Below are positions 1-10,041 of a stretch of 61,833 nt of DNA, in pieces (position 1 is the first letter of the stretch; every line of letters begins with the position of its first letter). Below the pieces are notes generated by a model that had not been told where the DNA came from, did no database searches, and saw only the letters and a list, made by a program, of their open reading frames with translations. The stretch covers positions 1 to 61,833 of IMG/VR virus record IMGVR_UViG_3300044616_001723; one strand, given 5' to 3'. A program made the translations under genes and the position numbers. Source of the stretch: a virus. Its lineage: Duplodnaviria > Caudoviricetes.

Positions 1-127
1 TCGTCGCCGTTTCCGTCTCGTTCACGATTTGGAGCAATGACGCACGATCGGCTTCCGACCAATCGGTGACGTCGATGTCCTGAATCATCTTCTTGCCGTC
101 TTTGGTCTCGATTTTGATCTTCATTGG
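1..127. repeat. Terminal overlap with 61707-61833 (circular assembly)
   Basis: First 127 nt are identical to the last 127 nt; the overlap falls inside the tail chaperone gene; 127 is a common assembler k-mer. Confidence 0.95.
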
Positions 128-128
128 A

Positions 129-677
129 TCACCCGCTTACGCTGAGATTGCTATTGATGATCGTATCGATCCCATTGTTATCGATAGGATCGCGCACCAT
201 TGTGCAGACCTTGCCGTTGATTGTTCGGCGAATGGGCCGAATCACGCTCAGTTCGATCTTTTGGACGACGGCTTCGCCGCCCGTCTGGATGCCTTCTTCG
301 TGCGTGACGTACTTGCATCCCAAGATGTCAATCGCCGACAAACCGAGTGGGGCTGCCTCGCGCAGCTTCGCTTCGACGTTGAAGGGAACATCCCCCCAAC
401 CGTCGAGTCCGAGGCGATCGGCTTCGACTTGGAGCTGATAAATCAGCCGATCGCCTTGGCTCTTGATAATTTCAACCGACACGCTCGCCTTGTACACGCC
501 GCGCGTTCGGCCTATCGAGACGCCGCCCATGCCGTCTTGTGGCGTTCGAGGCACTTCCTCTTTCCAGTTGATTGTTCTGACGCCCACGTACTTGTTTTTG
601 AACAAGCGAATGACAGCGCTTGTCGCGCTGTACTCGTCGCCGTTCACGTTCAATACAAAACTACCGTTGCTGCTCAC
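129..677 (-). CDS. Putative tail tube protein
   Basis: 182 aa, between sheath and tail chaperone/tape measure across the circular junction; synteny. Confidence 0.7.
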   Translation of the reverse strand: MSSNGSFVLNVNGDEYSATSAVIRLFKNKYVGVRTINWKEEVPRTPQDGMGGVSIGRTRGVYKASVSVEIIKSQGDRLIYQLQVEADRLGLDGWGDVPFNVEAKLREAAPLGLSAIDILGCKYVTHEEGIQTGGEAVVQKIELSVIRPIRRTINGKVCTMVRDPIDNNGIDTIINSNLSVSG

Positions 678-692
678 GGATCACCACGCCTT

Positions 693-2480
693 TCACGCCG
701 CTGCTGGCGTGGCCAATTTTCGGACCAGCGAAATCGTCGCCTCGAACCCACCAATGTACGAAATCGGAATGATGCGGCACTCTGCCACAAGTTTCCCGTT
801 CGGGCCGATGATCGGCGCTGTTCTCGACACCTTGCATTGCACGAGCACTGCCCCCCGAGCAACGCCAGATCCTCCGACCGAAATCGCTTCGTTCACGGCC
901 TCGGTCAGGATCAAGTCGAACGACTGCGCCGCCGCTTCGTCGAGAAGTCCCGTGGTCTTATTTGTGGCAATGCCGAGGCCAAGCAAATCTTCTCCCACGA
1001 CCTGAAGAACTCCGCAGGCGATATCAAATATTCGCCGGTACGGGATGATCTTAAAATCATTGCCAGGCGGGGCCATTGTCGGAGAGCCGGCAAAATACAA
1101 CCCTTTGCGCCGTTTTCTTGTGGTCAACACGATGTAACGTGCGTCGTGTAAAACGCTCGATTTGCGCCCGTCGTACTCGACGATCGTTCCGTTTTCATCA
1201 CGGATATCTAGATCGTCCACGTCCCCAAGGGACCAATCGTGCAATGCCTCCGGAATCGGACGCGCGACAAGTCGCTCTGCGACTCGAAACGCTACCGGAC
1301 GACGCATCGACCAGCCACCACACGGATCAGTGATCCGCGCATATCCGCCGCTCACAAAGACTCTGTCCGCAGAGTTTGTCTCTGCCACAGTCGCCTCGGC
1401 TGCTGCATATTCGGTCATCGGCTCGCCCGGAGCTCGATCGCGCCCCGCGGTGAGAATCCCCGTGAACGTATCTTCCGCAACCAACGACGTAGCTCGCGCC
1501 TGTAGCGCGATGACGTCTGCACGCCGGCCCAAGTGGCCAACCGCGTGGACGAAAGAGAACTTCCCGGCGAAGGCGTCGTCCGCTTCGATCGCATCGAGCG
1601 CGGCAACCACGTCGGACGGTTGCGGTTCGGGTGGCGTCGTTCGGGCAACGATATTGTCGCCCGCCTTGTACGTGGACGTGGCCTGTAGCGTCAACGTGAC
1701 GCCGCTGCTCACTTCCGTGCCGTTCGGCTTCGTATAGTCCACCAACACGAACGTGTTTGCCGTCCCGAGACGCAATGCCTCTGTCCATCGGCGCCCGCCG
1801 TCAAGCGTGTACCGAAGCGTGATACCTTCGGTGCCAGTTGTTCCACCTTTGATGATTTCGGCCCGAATCTCGTATTGATCAATGGGCGTACCAGAAAACG
1901 CCATCTTCCCGCTGCTGCCGTCCTTTGTGACCGTCGTTCCGTACACCGTTGCCGACGCGGGAAGACACAGGATCGCCAAGGTCCCCTCGAACGCTTGCCC
2001 GGTTGTAAAAGTCACCGTAACGCCATTGGCCACGATGGTCAGGTTGGTGAGTAGCGTAGTAGTGGCTCCGTACGTCAATCCGCCATCCGTGGAGACCTGA
2101 TAAGAGGCTCCCGTCGTGCCGACCGTACCTGCGACGATGACCTTGATTTTGAGCAAACAACCCGTCGTGGGGGTTCCTGTCGGGGTGATCCCCGTGCCTC
2201 CAGTCCATTCGCCGAGACGCGTTTCAAAACTCGCCGCTCGAGCCGTCGCGGGGATGCGGACGAAAATCACGTTCGCCTCGTTCCTCGCGGCGACGTACGC
2301 GGCAGCCTTTACCGCGGGGCCGCCGCCAAACGTGTCGCACAAAGCGGAGTATCCGACCGTGCGAGGCGTATTGAGCGGACCATCCGTGGAACACCCGATG
2401 ACCAGGTGCACCAAGTCTGCGGCTTGCTCGATCAGCGCCAAGCCATTGTTTACGATCAGAATTCTGGATCTCGGAATCAC
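693..2480 (-). CDS. Contractile tail sheath protein (DUF2586-like)
   Basis: 595 aa; N-terminal VIGCSTDGPLN, C-terminal YFAGSPTMAPPGNDFKIIPYRRIFDIAC typical of sheath; synteny. Confidence 0.8.
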   Translation of the reverse strand: MIPRSRILIVNNGLALIEQAADLVHLVIGCSTDGPLNTPRTVGYSALCDTFGGGPAVKAAAYVAARNEANVIFVRIPATARAASFETRLGEWTGGTGITPTGTPTTGCLLKIKVIVAGTVGTTGASYQVSTDGGLTYGATTTLLTNLTIVANGVTVTFTTGQAFEGTLAILCLPASATVYGTTVTKDGSSGKMAFSGTPIDQYEIRAEIIKGGTTGTEGITLRYTLDGGRRWTEALRLGTANTFVLVDYTKPNGTEVSSGVTLTLQATSTYKAGDNIVARTTPPEPQPSDVVAALDAIEADDAFAGKFSFVHAVGHLGRRADVIALQARATSLVAEDTFTGILTAGRDRAPGEPMTEYAAAEATVAETNSADRVFVSGGYARITDPCGGWSMRRPVAFRVAERLVARPIPEALHDWSLGDVDDLDIRDENGTIVEYDGRKSSVLHDARYIVLTTRKRRKGLYFAGSPTMAPPGNDFKIIPYRRIFDIACGVLQVVGEDLLGLGIATNKTTGLLDEAAAQSFDLILTEAVNEAISVGGSGVARGAVLVQCKVSRTAPIIGPNGKLVAECRIIPISYIGGFEATISLVRKLATPAAA

Positions 2481-2492
2481 GGGCAGTTCCTT

Positions 2493-3155
2493 TCAAGGGG
2501 ATGGCTGAACCAAGGTCAACACGGCCACGGGTACGTTACCCGATGGCATTCCAGCAATCACCGTCACCTCGCCCGAAGGCTTGGCCAAAATCAATGGTTC
2601 GTCCGGTACTTCGGTACCGAGTGTTATTGTCAATTGAATCGCTGCACCATATTGGAATTCTTGCTCGTCTGGACGAACCCACGTCATCGGGATCGTCGCA
2701 GTCGGGCCGATGTGCAGAATATGGTAAACGGCCGCCAAAACTCGGGCGCGAAGTTGAAAAACGGACAACCTGGCAAGTATTGCCGGCTCGTCACCGCGCA
2801 AGTCGTCTGCCTCTTCGCCGCTCTCCGGAACCTGGCCAAGAATCGTCACCAGCATCCCGTCGAGACAAGTCCACAACGATCGCGTCTCGACGTCCACATC
2901 ATCGTCGTCGTCGTCTTTCATCTGCTGCCGAATGCCGAAGCCCGTGTTCGTTGCCCCGGCGCTCGGACGGGCTGCTACCGCGCTCGGTGCGAGGTCCACA
3001 TATACGTGCGGCGCGTCTTCTTGGCGGAAGGCAAGCCCCGACCCGTACGTGACGCGATCGGCAGTGAGAATGCCTTCGGTGACGAGTTTGTCTCGCAATC
3101 GATCCGCGAATGCGGAGAGCGGATCGTATACGGGAAAAGGCTTGCTTACGGTCAT
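2493..3155 (-). CDS. Putative tail terminator/completion protein
   Basis: 220 aa directly upstream of sheath; synteny only. Confidence 0.5.
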   Translation of the reverse strand: MTVSKPFPVYDPLSAFADRLRDKLVTEGILTADRVTYGSGLAFRQEDAPHVYVDLAPSAVAARPSAGATNTGFGIRQQMKDDDDDDVDVETRSLWTCLDGMLVTILGQVPESGEEADDLRGDEPAILARLSVFQLRARVLAAVYHILHIGPTATIPMTWVRPDEQEFQYGAAIQLTITLGTEVPDEPLILAKPSGEVTVIAGMPSGNVPVAVLTLVQPSP

Positions 3156-3523
3156 GTTATCTTCCCGAGCACGGCACCAAATGCCTTGTTGTGCTCTTCT
3201 TCAAGAATCTTGTCCCATTCAGCAGGCAGTTCGTCAGGAAACACGGGGCGCTTCTCGACGTGCCACTTTAGCACGTCCTCTGCCAAGCCAATGATATGCT
3301 GATCGTCGGCGTAAAACTCGACGGTTGCCGCGGGACGCTGAACTGCTACCTGCCCGTCCTTCCTTGGCTCCCAAGTCTTCTTGTCAGGACTTTGGCCTGC
3401 CTTGTACCCTGCACGCGCGTCTGTCTGAATGCGCGCTGCCGCCTTGTCCGCAGCGGTTCGCATGGTGCGTGCAGGATCGCCCAAGAATGCCGTGAGGGCC
3501 TGAAGTTCTGCCAAGCTGTTCAT
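3152..3523 (-). CDS. Putative neck/virion morphogenesis protein
   Basis: GQSPDKKTWEPRK resembles the PDGxxWxP motif of Mu gpG/tail-S proteins; synteny. Confidence 0.55.
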   Translation of the reverse strand: MNSLAELQALTAFLGDPARTMRTAADKAAARIQTDARAGYKAGQSPDKKTWEPRKDGQVAVQRPAATVEFYADDQHIIGLAEDVLKWHVEKRPVFPDELPAEWDKILEEEHNKAFGAVLGKIT

Positions 3524-3990
3524 TAGCACCCCTTCTTGCATGGGTTGCTGCCGAGAAACCCATACAGCACTTCTTTGGCTGGTGTCATCGATCCCAGAAC
3601 AGGGCCGCCTTCGCTCTTATTGGGTGTTTGGTCAGCCTCGCGATCCAATCGGGCCGTCAACGTACGCAAATCGTCGATCCACTTCTGAGCAAGATCGTGC
3701 TGTTCCTTGATCTCTTTTACCACCGCCGCAGTGGGCGATATCCCGCGCACCAAATACAGTTCCCAAATTACGATTTTTACGACGGCCCAGACGATGGCAG
3801 GCGGAAACGGCGTGACCAGTGGCGTCGAGTACCGCACGCGAAGATACGAATTGATCCGATCCGATATCGCCAAAATGAGCTTTGGGATTCGCGTCGGTCT
3901 GTTCGTATTGGCTTTGACGATATCGGCTTCCGGCATGCTGCCGAGGTCGATAACGTCGTCCAAATCCGCGTACGGTACTGTCGCCGCCAT
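3523..3990 (-). CDS. Head-tail connector (Mu gp36/DUF1320-like)
   Basis: YADLDD...INSYLRVRYSTPL...AQKWIDDL pattern; directly downstream of capsid gene. Confidence 0.75.
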   Translation of the reverse strand: MAATVPYADLDDVIDLGSMPEADIVKANTNRPTRIPKLILAISDRINSYLRVRYSTPLVTPFPPAIVWAVVKIVIWELYLVRGISPTAAVVKEIKEQHDLAQKWIDDLRTLTARLDREADQTPNKSEGGPVLGSMTPAKEVLYGFLGSNPCKKGC

Positions 3991-4008
3991 GCTCCCGCCA
4001 TGCTCCGA

Positions 4009-4950
4009 TCAGAAAACGCCCGGCTGAGACCAAGACACCTTCCACGCGGCCTGCCCAACCACGACGTCTTCCACGTCGGCGCGCCATTGATGGTTGAGCA
4101 CAAGCCCGTTTTTTTCGATGCCGAAGTACATGACCCTCGGTGCCAAGGTGGCGTGGTATCCGAGCGGTTTCACGGTGCCCTTGTTGCTCGCAAGCATCCA
4201 AGCGCCGTCCGGGAAGTCCTCGATCTCGACCAGCTTGACCGAAGGGTCGTAGTTCGGGTTTCCCTGCGCGACGCCGGGAATTTGTTCCAATCCAACGATC
4301 GCTTTTGCCGTCGCCTTCAAGTTCGACGAATGCAAGAAATGCGTCGGTTTGGTGCGTCGCGGAATACCGTTCGGCCCCTTGCGCTTGGCCATATCCGAGC
4401 GCACCTTTTCGTAGTTCGTCGCATTGCACGCCAAATTGTAAAGATTTGGATACGTTCCCGCAGCCGCACCTTTCGCCGGGTCAATGAGTTGCGTTTGGCT
4501 GAAGAAGTTCGTCCCACCAAGCGTTTTTGCATTGATCAGGTTTGGCACGCCCGCACGAACAGCGTCTCCTTTTCGGTTTGCTGCACGAACGCCGACTTCC
4601 TTGGCCGTCGACGAAATGAGCCCTAACTGCTCCATGCGCATGTCGCGTTCCGTGATCGAGAGGAGTCCGCCAAACGGAGCCGTAAGCACTTCCATGCCGG
4701 CGATCATCGGCACGTATTCTTGAACCATGCTTCCAGCAGCACTCTGGAAGTTGAACTCGTTCGAGGGGACCAACAGGATCCCCTTTTCGTTCACCATCAT
4801 GCTGTCTTCGACGAGTTCGAGAAGCAGTGCCAAATCGAGGCTCGCGCCTTCGTCCAGACCTTCCTCGTACTTCGCCATGATTACGGCGTGTGCTGCTTTC
4901 GCATCCGCCGGAATCGCGATATTTTCGTACATGAAAACTTGCTCGCCCAT
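4009..4950 (-). CDS. Major capsid protein (Mu gpT-like)
   Basis: 313 aa; GTNFFSQTQ, GIPRRTKPTHFLH, AWMLAS, VGQAAWK motifs match gpT pattern; synteny. Confidence 0.8.
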   Translation of the reverse strand: MGEQVFMYENIAIPADAKAAHAVIMAKYEEGLDEGASLDLALLLELVEDSMMVNEKGILLVPSNEFNFQSAAGSMVQEYVPMIAGMEVLTAPFGGLLSITERDMRMEQLGLISSTAKEVGVRAANRKGDAVRAGVPNLINAKTLGGTNFFSQTQLIDPAKGAAAGTYPNLYNLACNATNYEKVRSDMAKRKGPNGIPRRTKPTHFLHSSNLKATAKAIVGLEQIPGVAQGNPNYDPSVKLVEIEDFPDGAWMLASNKGTVKPLGYHATLAPRVMYFGIEKNGLVLNHQWRADVEDVVVGQAAWKVSWSQPGVF

Positions 4951-5004
4951 GACCTACGCTCTTCCTTATCCCGCGATTCTCACGCGATTGTTATGCCTTC
5001 CGAA

Positions 5005-5424
5005 TCACGCGAAGGGGTTGATGCAAACGAGAACGCAACCGTTCCCGTCAAATCCCATGATGAGCCCGGCCTTGGACCGCGTGCTGCTACCGTCCGTTTT
5101 CGCAACGCGAAACGGATCCGACGTTGCATAACACCAATTTCCAACGTCCGCTTGCGTAATGGCATCGCCGGAAGTGGAGTTCTGAAATTGCTCCCACCGA
5201 TCCTTGCTGCCAGGATTGACCGTAATCGGCTTGCCGTTTGAGCCGCCGGTATTGTCGAATTCGCAGGCAAAGGTTCCAATGGCCCGAGCGCCCGTGGTTT
5301 CTTGCCCTTGAATCACGTATCCGTTTTTGAGCATGGCAAGCCAACCAAGCTTGCCAATCGCGTTCGCCGCTGCTTTCAAGGGCCAAGTGCCCTGACCAAT
5401 CATCGCCATGACTACGCTCTGCAC
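5005..5424 (-). CDS. Capsid decoration/cement protein
   Basis: 139 aa between protease and capsid; DNTGGSNG...ITQADVGNWCYA...TRSKAG motif typical of Mu-like decoration proteins. Confidence 0.65.
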   Translation of the reverse strand: MQSVVMAMIGQGTWPLKAAANAIGKLGWLAMLKNGYVIQGQETTGARAIGTFACEFDNTGGSNGKPITVNPGSKDRWEQFQNSTSGDAITQADVGNWCYATSDPFRVAKTDGSSTRSKAGLIMGFDGNGCVLVCINPFA

Positions 5425-5450
5425 TTCCTCGGCCGTTGGCCGTTTTCAAA

Positions 5451-6614
5451 TCACGCGCTCAGAACCTTGCGAAGCGTATCGAGTTGCTTCGGCTTGATCT
5501 TCCACTTCGTTGCCATGCTGGCGACACGAGTCTCGAAAACCTGTTGCTCGGCAGGGGACTTCTGGCTGGGAATCTTCACCGTCGTTACACCCTTCGGTGC
5601 AACCGGCGATTTCGCCGGAAGACGCGCGTTTGCACCCATATCCGAGACAAACGACGCAACCGTGGCAAGCGATGCCTTCCGCAGCAATGGCACGGCCGTT
5701 TTCGGGATGATCGACAAGTTTTTCTCGATCAACGCGTCTCGAGCCTTGATATTTGCCGCCTTCGCAAGTTCCTGATTCCTGATAATCGCAAGGCTCGCCG
5801 CAACGCTCGTGTCATCGTCGACAGCTTGCGCTGCCGCTGCCTGCTTCGCCTTGTCCTCATCGGACATGCTCGCCGCCTTCTTTGCCTCTTCTTCGAGCGC
5901 AGCGACAAGCTTCGCCTTGTCCTCGTCGGACATTGCAGCAGCACCGTCGTCCTCTTGTTCGAGCTCGCCAGCGGCCTGCATCGCGGCGTTCGCGTTTTCA
6001 CCGAGAGCTTCGGTCAACGCCGCATTTTGCTCCTTTGCCCACGTCGCGAGAGCTTCGTTCGAAGCGCCCATGAGCGCGAGCAACGTAAGCAGCGTGCGGC
6101 CTGCCAAAACCAAATCTTGCTGATCCATGCCGATCCCTTTCCTGCCCTTCTCTGCTGCAAGGCTTGCGAGCCTCCAGCAATGCCACGTCTTCGGATTGTT
6201 GGTCAGACCGACGTTATTGACTCGCGTTGGAATCGCGATGTCGCCGACCATCTTAAAAGAATACCACGGGGAAAGATAGCGAACTTTTGGCGGGTTGCAC
6301 AATAACCACCCTTCGACCATCGGATCCCACTCGACACCAATCGCCCACACTTCGCCATCGCCACGGGCTTCGAGCTTTTGGATCCATCCGGCAGCGGCTC
6401 TATTCTCCGGCGGGGCCTCGAGCGTCGTCGTCGCGTGGTCATGGTCGATCACCATGACGTTTCCGCGCGCATTAAAGATCGCTACCAACGCGTCTGCGGC
6501 TGGCCTCGTCATTCGATGCGGGCCGTCGTCGGTCATGAAATCGCCCGCGGGAAAAATGCGAAACTCCCGTGGCGCCTCTTTTACATCTGCGCTTGCGCCT
6601 TGCCGATCAGACAT
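5451..6614 (-). CDS. Prohead protease/scaffold (Mu protease I-like)
   Basis: IFPAG, VIDHDHAT, AAGWI, VEW, YLSP, GLTNNP motifs; Ala/Glu-rich helical C-terminal scaffold with MSDEDKAK repeated twice. Confidence 0.9.
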   Translation of the reverse strand: MSDRQGASADVKEAPREFRIFPAGDFMTDDGPHRMTRPAADALVAIFNARGNVMVIDHDHATTTLEAPPENRAAAGWIQKLEARGDGEVWAIGVEWDPMVEGWLLCNPPKVRYLSPWYSFKMVGDIAIPTRVNNVGLTNNPKTWHCWRLASLAAEKGRKGIGMDQQDLVLAGRTLLTLLALMGASNEALATWAKEQNAALTEALGENANAAMQAAGELEQEDDGAAAMSDEDKAKLVAALEEEAKKAASMSDEDKAKQAAAAQAVDDDTSVAASLAIIRNQELAKAANIKARDALIEKNLSIIPKTAVPLLRKASLATVASFVSDMGANARLPAKSPVAPKGVTTVKIPSQKSPAEQQVFETRVASMATKWKIKPKQLDTLRKVLSA

Positions 6615-8661
6615 GTGCGTTCTCCTGAGTTTGGCTTGGCACAATAACACTACCAGGCGACTTTTGCCCTATGGCTCTCCACGTAATAGGCCACTTATGG
6701 GGCTGTCCCCTCTTGCCAGGCACCATGCGACGGACGCGCTCGATGCCACATTGCCAGCACCTATTTACCCGATTGTGATCATTGCACCGATCAACAGAGT
6801 GCTCGGTCATGAGCCGCGCCAATTCCACTGCATCGGCATCTGCCGGCATGTCGTCCGGCGATGCTTCGCCTTCGTCTTGTGCCGCTGGCGGAAGTGCCAT
6901 CATGTCCGCGCGAGCACTCGCCTGTTCACCGTCAGGCAATGACGTCGTTTCATCAGCTCCGTCCGCTATGGTTTTTCTCGGCGCTGCATGAAGGATTCCG
7001 ACGATGGTCGCAAGATCGACTTCTCGCCACCCGCCAACAAGCTCCGGCCTTCCGACGAGCCGATACCATGCCTCGCGTGCGGACTGCATATCGCCGAACC
7101 CGACAAACAGCTTTACCTCGTCAGGGTTGCCTTCGTGGTCCAATTGTTTGAGCACAAACAGCCTATTCGTGCCCCTCATTGGTCCGACAAATACGTCGAT
7201 CGCTTCGCCGTCTTCGCCCTGCGTCCCTGGGATGTACCCATAAGCAATGGATCCCATCGACACAGCCCAAGGCACGCCACGCTCGTCCGTGCCCGTGCGG
7301 ACACTACCGGCTGGATACTCGACGACAACCGGAAGGCCATCGACGATCACCGTTGGATCTTCGAGCGGCTCCAAGTCTTCGATCTCTATCCCGGCAAGAG
7401 CCGCGAGAGGTTCAGCCTTCACCCGCTTCCCGCGCTTCACGAGCGAGGCATCTGCCTTGACCAGACCATCACCGTACGCGATAAGCGCATCGCCAACGGC
7501 CTTGCGATCTCTCGGCGGGGTTGGATCCCACTCGGCGCGTGGACACGGGTAGCCTTCGCGTTCCGCCCACGGCTCGAGCCCGTACCGCTGAACGACCTCA
7601 GAAAGGTGATCCGCATATTCTTCAATGAACGATTGTGCGGTGTTTTCGTGAATGTCGCCCTTCGACCAACCAGTGCCAGTTTGACCAGACGTTACGGTTT
7701 GCCCTGACAATGCAGTGGCAATATCCGCATCGCTTTCGTTTTTCGTGGCGGTCCACTGCTGGTAACCTTCGCCGGAAATGGACGTGTGTTTTATGTCGTA
7801 GCCCTTTTCGAGGGCCATGACCGGAGGCGTCGGACTCGAAATGATATGCGCCACGATCGCATTCGCGTCTTCGTCGCGGCTTTTCCCTTCGGGCGTTTCG
7901 AGCCACGTGATCCCAAGCGCATGCCGGGCACCTGCCACCGTCCTTTGCTCTTGCGCCTGAATCTTGTCGAGCCACGCCTTACCGCACGGACGCCATTTCC
8001 CATGCAGCCAAAATCTATTCAAGCCCCATGGCGCAAAGACAAACCATCGCCCGTTTCCAGGCTCGATGATGTGTTCGCCATCTTCACCGATAATAAAAAG
8101 GACCTGCTGCCGTGTTACTGGATCGCGTCGCCAATTGATGTGCTGCGCTTCTACAAAATGCAGAACGGGAAGCCCCGTTTTTGGGCATTCGACGAATTCG
8201 CCAAAACCAGCACCGAAGAGAATGCCCCAAATGATGATTCGAATGAGAACGGCGGACGGGAACATCTTCCAAAAGATGCCATCGGTACGCAGGTCTGGTT
8301 TTCCCGCGAGCTTGTAAACAAGCTCCGCAGCACCGTCGAATGTCAACGGCAGCCGAATCAGACCAGCGGCTTGGCTTTGAGTGACACCGCTGATAATCCC
8401 ATCGCCAAGCATCGACTCGACGAACTGCGCGACCATGAGCAACGACTGACCATCCGCGGCAATCATCGCCGCGACGTCGTCGCCTGGATTCCAGACGAGC
8501 CTTGTGCGGTAGTAGGCAACGCGTAGTGGGGCAGATGCAGGCCCGCCCGCGCGACCATCACTTTGACGATGCGCGAGCGAGGTAGATGTCTGGCCTGCCG
8601 GCGGTAATGCCGGTGTGCTTGAGCGAGTCAAGCGAGAAGCTAGCCAACGGAAGACACCCAC
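6607..8661 (-). CDS. Portal protein (DUF935-like) fused to inorganic pyrophosphatase-like domain
   Basis: IATALSGQTVTS portal motif and position; C-terminal YGYIPGTQGEDGEAIDVFVGP...DEVKLFVGF PPase-like motif. Confidence 0.8.
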   Translation of the reverse strand: MGVFRWLASRLTRSSTPALPPAGQTSTSLAHRQSDGRAGGPASAPLRVAYYRTRLVWNPGDDVAAMIAADGQSLLMVAQFVESMLGDGIISGVTQSQAAGLIRLPLTFDGAAELVYKLAGKPDLRTDGIFWKMFPSAVLIRIIIWGILFGAGFGEFVECPKTGLPVLHFVEAQHINWRRDPVTRQQVLFIIGEDGEHIIEPGNGRWFVFAPWGLNRFWLHGKWRPCGKAWLDKIQAQEQRTVAGARHALGITWLETPEGKSRDEDANAIVAHIISSPTPPVMALEKGYDIKHTSISGEGYQQWTATKNESDADIATALSGQTVTSGQTGTGWSKGDIHENTAQSFIEEYADHLSEVVQRYGLEPWAEREGYPCPRAEWDPTPPRDRKAVGDALIAYGDGLVKADASLVKRGKRVKAEPLAALAGIEIEDLEPLEDPTVIVDGLPVVVEYPAGSVRTGTDERGVPWAVSMGSIAYGYIPGTQGEDGEAIDVFVGPMRGTNRLFVLKQLDHEGNPDEVKLFVGFGDMQSAREAWYRLVGRPELVGGWREVDLATIVGILHAAPRKTIADGADETTSLPDGEQASARADMMALPPAAQDEGEASPDDMPADADAVELARLMTEHSVDRCNDHNRVNRCWQCGIERVRRMVPGKRGQPHKWPITWRAIGQKSPGSVIVPSQTQENAHV

Positions 8662-8738
8662 AAAACGCAGTCTTACGTTCGTGTGCTTGTGATTGCAAAC
8701 GTTTTCTGCGTCGTCCTACAGTTCGTCTCTCATTGGCT

Positions 8739-9968
8739 TCACGCCGCTGTGACGGCCTTGGGCTGAAGCAAGATCTTGCATGTCTTTGCACCCGCATAAT
8801 TCGCCGGATCGAGACAAATACCCGCTTCGCTGACGAACCCTGCGACGGGCTTCGTAGCGGTGAACTTTCCCGCACCCGTATTCGTATCGTCGGCAGTAGC
8901 AGCGAGCCACACCCGCGCACCAGCGGCGGGCGAACCGCCTGCGGTGGTGAATTGAGCAGCCGCGACTTCGCCGCCCGTTACGAGCTCGCCAGAGGTCCCG
9001 TCGTACACGCCAGCAAATACGCTCTTCGCTTCGACCGCTCTGTCCGTTGCTGTCGCAGTGTTTGCCGCCGATATGTACGCCGCTTGCCCCGTTGCGAGTC
9101 CAGACGTTGTGAGTCCGTTGATCACAACTTGCTTGTGCTTGTGCAACGCTGTCGCGCTGCCTCCAGTGAGAGCGTCAAGGTTTGCCGCAGTGACATTTGC
9201 CGACACGGACGAACCTTCGATTTTGAACCGAGCGGTTCCGTTGTTCGGAAGGTTGAAATTGCCCGTACCCGTGGTTCCCAGCGTTGCGCCGGTTTGCACG
9301 GTGATCGATGTACCAGCGGAATCGATTTCCAGCGCCGTTGTTCCACCGCCCTGCAAACGCATTCCACCAGCACCGTTGACGGTCAAAAACCCGGCTGCTG
9401 TTGACCATGTTGCCGCTGCTGCGCTCGTCAACGTCAGTGCCCCGGCGCTCGTCGTGAAGCTTGACGCAGCGTTCGCCGTGAGTGCTACGGCCCCGCCCGT
9501 CGCGGTGAATGCGCCGACTCGCAACGCCTGCAATGCCCCAAGCGTTGCGTCATCGCCTTGGGTGATCAGCGAGAACACCCACCGCGCATTCGACTCGTCC
9601 CAGATGATCGCGGCCATGTCCCGCTTCGTTCCCGAAGCTTGCCCTCGATCCACGGCCACACCTACAATCGCCGCTGGAACAGCCTGATTACCAGTGCTCG
9701 CGTTCACGTGAATGACACGATCCGTGACGTTGAGCGTGTCGCTTGCGGTTTGCGTTCCTTCGACAATCAGGTTTCCTTTGACGATCACGTTTTTCGTGCT
9801 TCGCCCAAGTTCGACGCTTCCGGCGTTCGTCGCGCCAATCTTCATCGCGGCATCGGCCGCATTCGTGTCGATGCCGATTCCGACAAGAGCCGTATTCGCA
9901 TCCTCGATCGCTCCCTCGTCACGCACGAGTGCGCTATCGCGATAAGTCTTCACTTTTTCTTGTGCCAT
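8739..9968 (-). CDS. Putative virion fibre/decoration protein
   Basis: Ala/Gly/Thr-rich beta-type repeats (ALTLTSAAAATWST); GGAGG SD; sits between TerL and portal. Confidence 0.5.
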   Translation of the reverse strand: MAQEKVKTYRDSALVRDEGAIEDANTALVGIGIDTNAADAAMKIGATNAGSVELGRSTKNVIVKGNLIVEGTQTASDTLNVTDRVIHVNASTGNQAVPAAIVGVAVDRGQASGTKRDMAAIIWDESNARWVFSLITQGDDATLGALQALRVGAFTATGGAVALTANAASSFTTSAGALTLTSAAAATWSTAAGFLTVNGAGGMRLQGGGTTALEIDSAGTSITVQTGATLGTTGTGNFNLPNNGTARFKIEGSSVSANVTAANLDALTGGSATALHKHKQVVINGLTTSGLATGQAAYISAANTATATDRAVEAKSVFAGVYDGTSGELVTGGEVAAAQFTTAGGSPAAGARVWLAATADDTNTGAGKFTATKPVAGFVSEAGICLDPANYAGAKTCKILLQPKAVTAA

Positions 9969-10041
9969 GAGTCCTCCCAAAGAACACGTTGCACGGCATA
10001 CACCGTGCGTGAACGGCGCGCATCATACACCAGGTTCTCAT

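Noticed and set aside
93-1151. Long plus-strand ORFs here and throughout (e.g. 43632-44873, 49652-50782)
   Set aside because: Antisense shadows of motif-bearing minus-strand genes in GC-rich DNA, with no recognisable motifs
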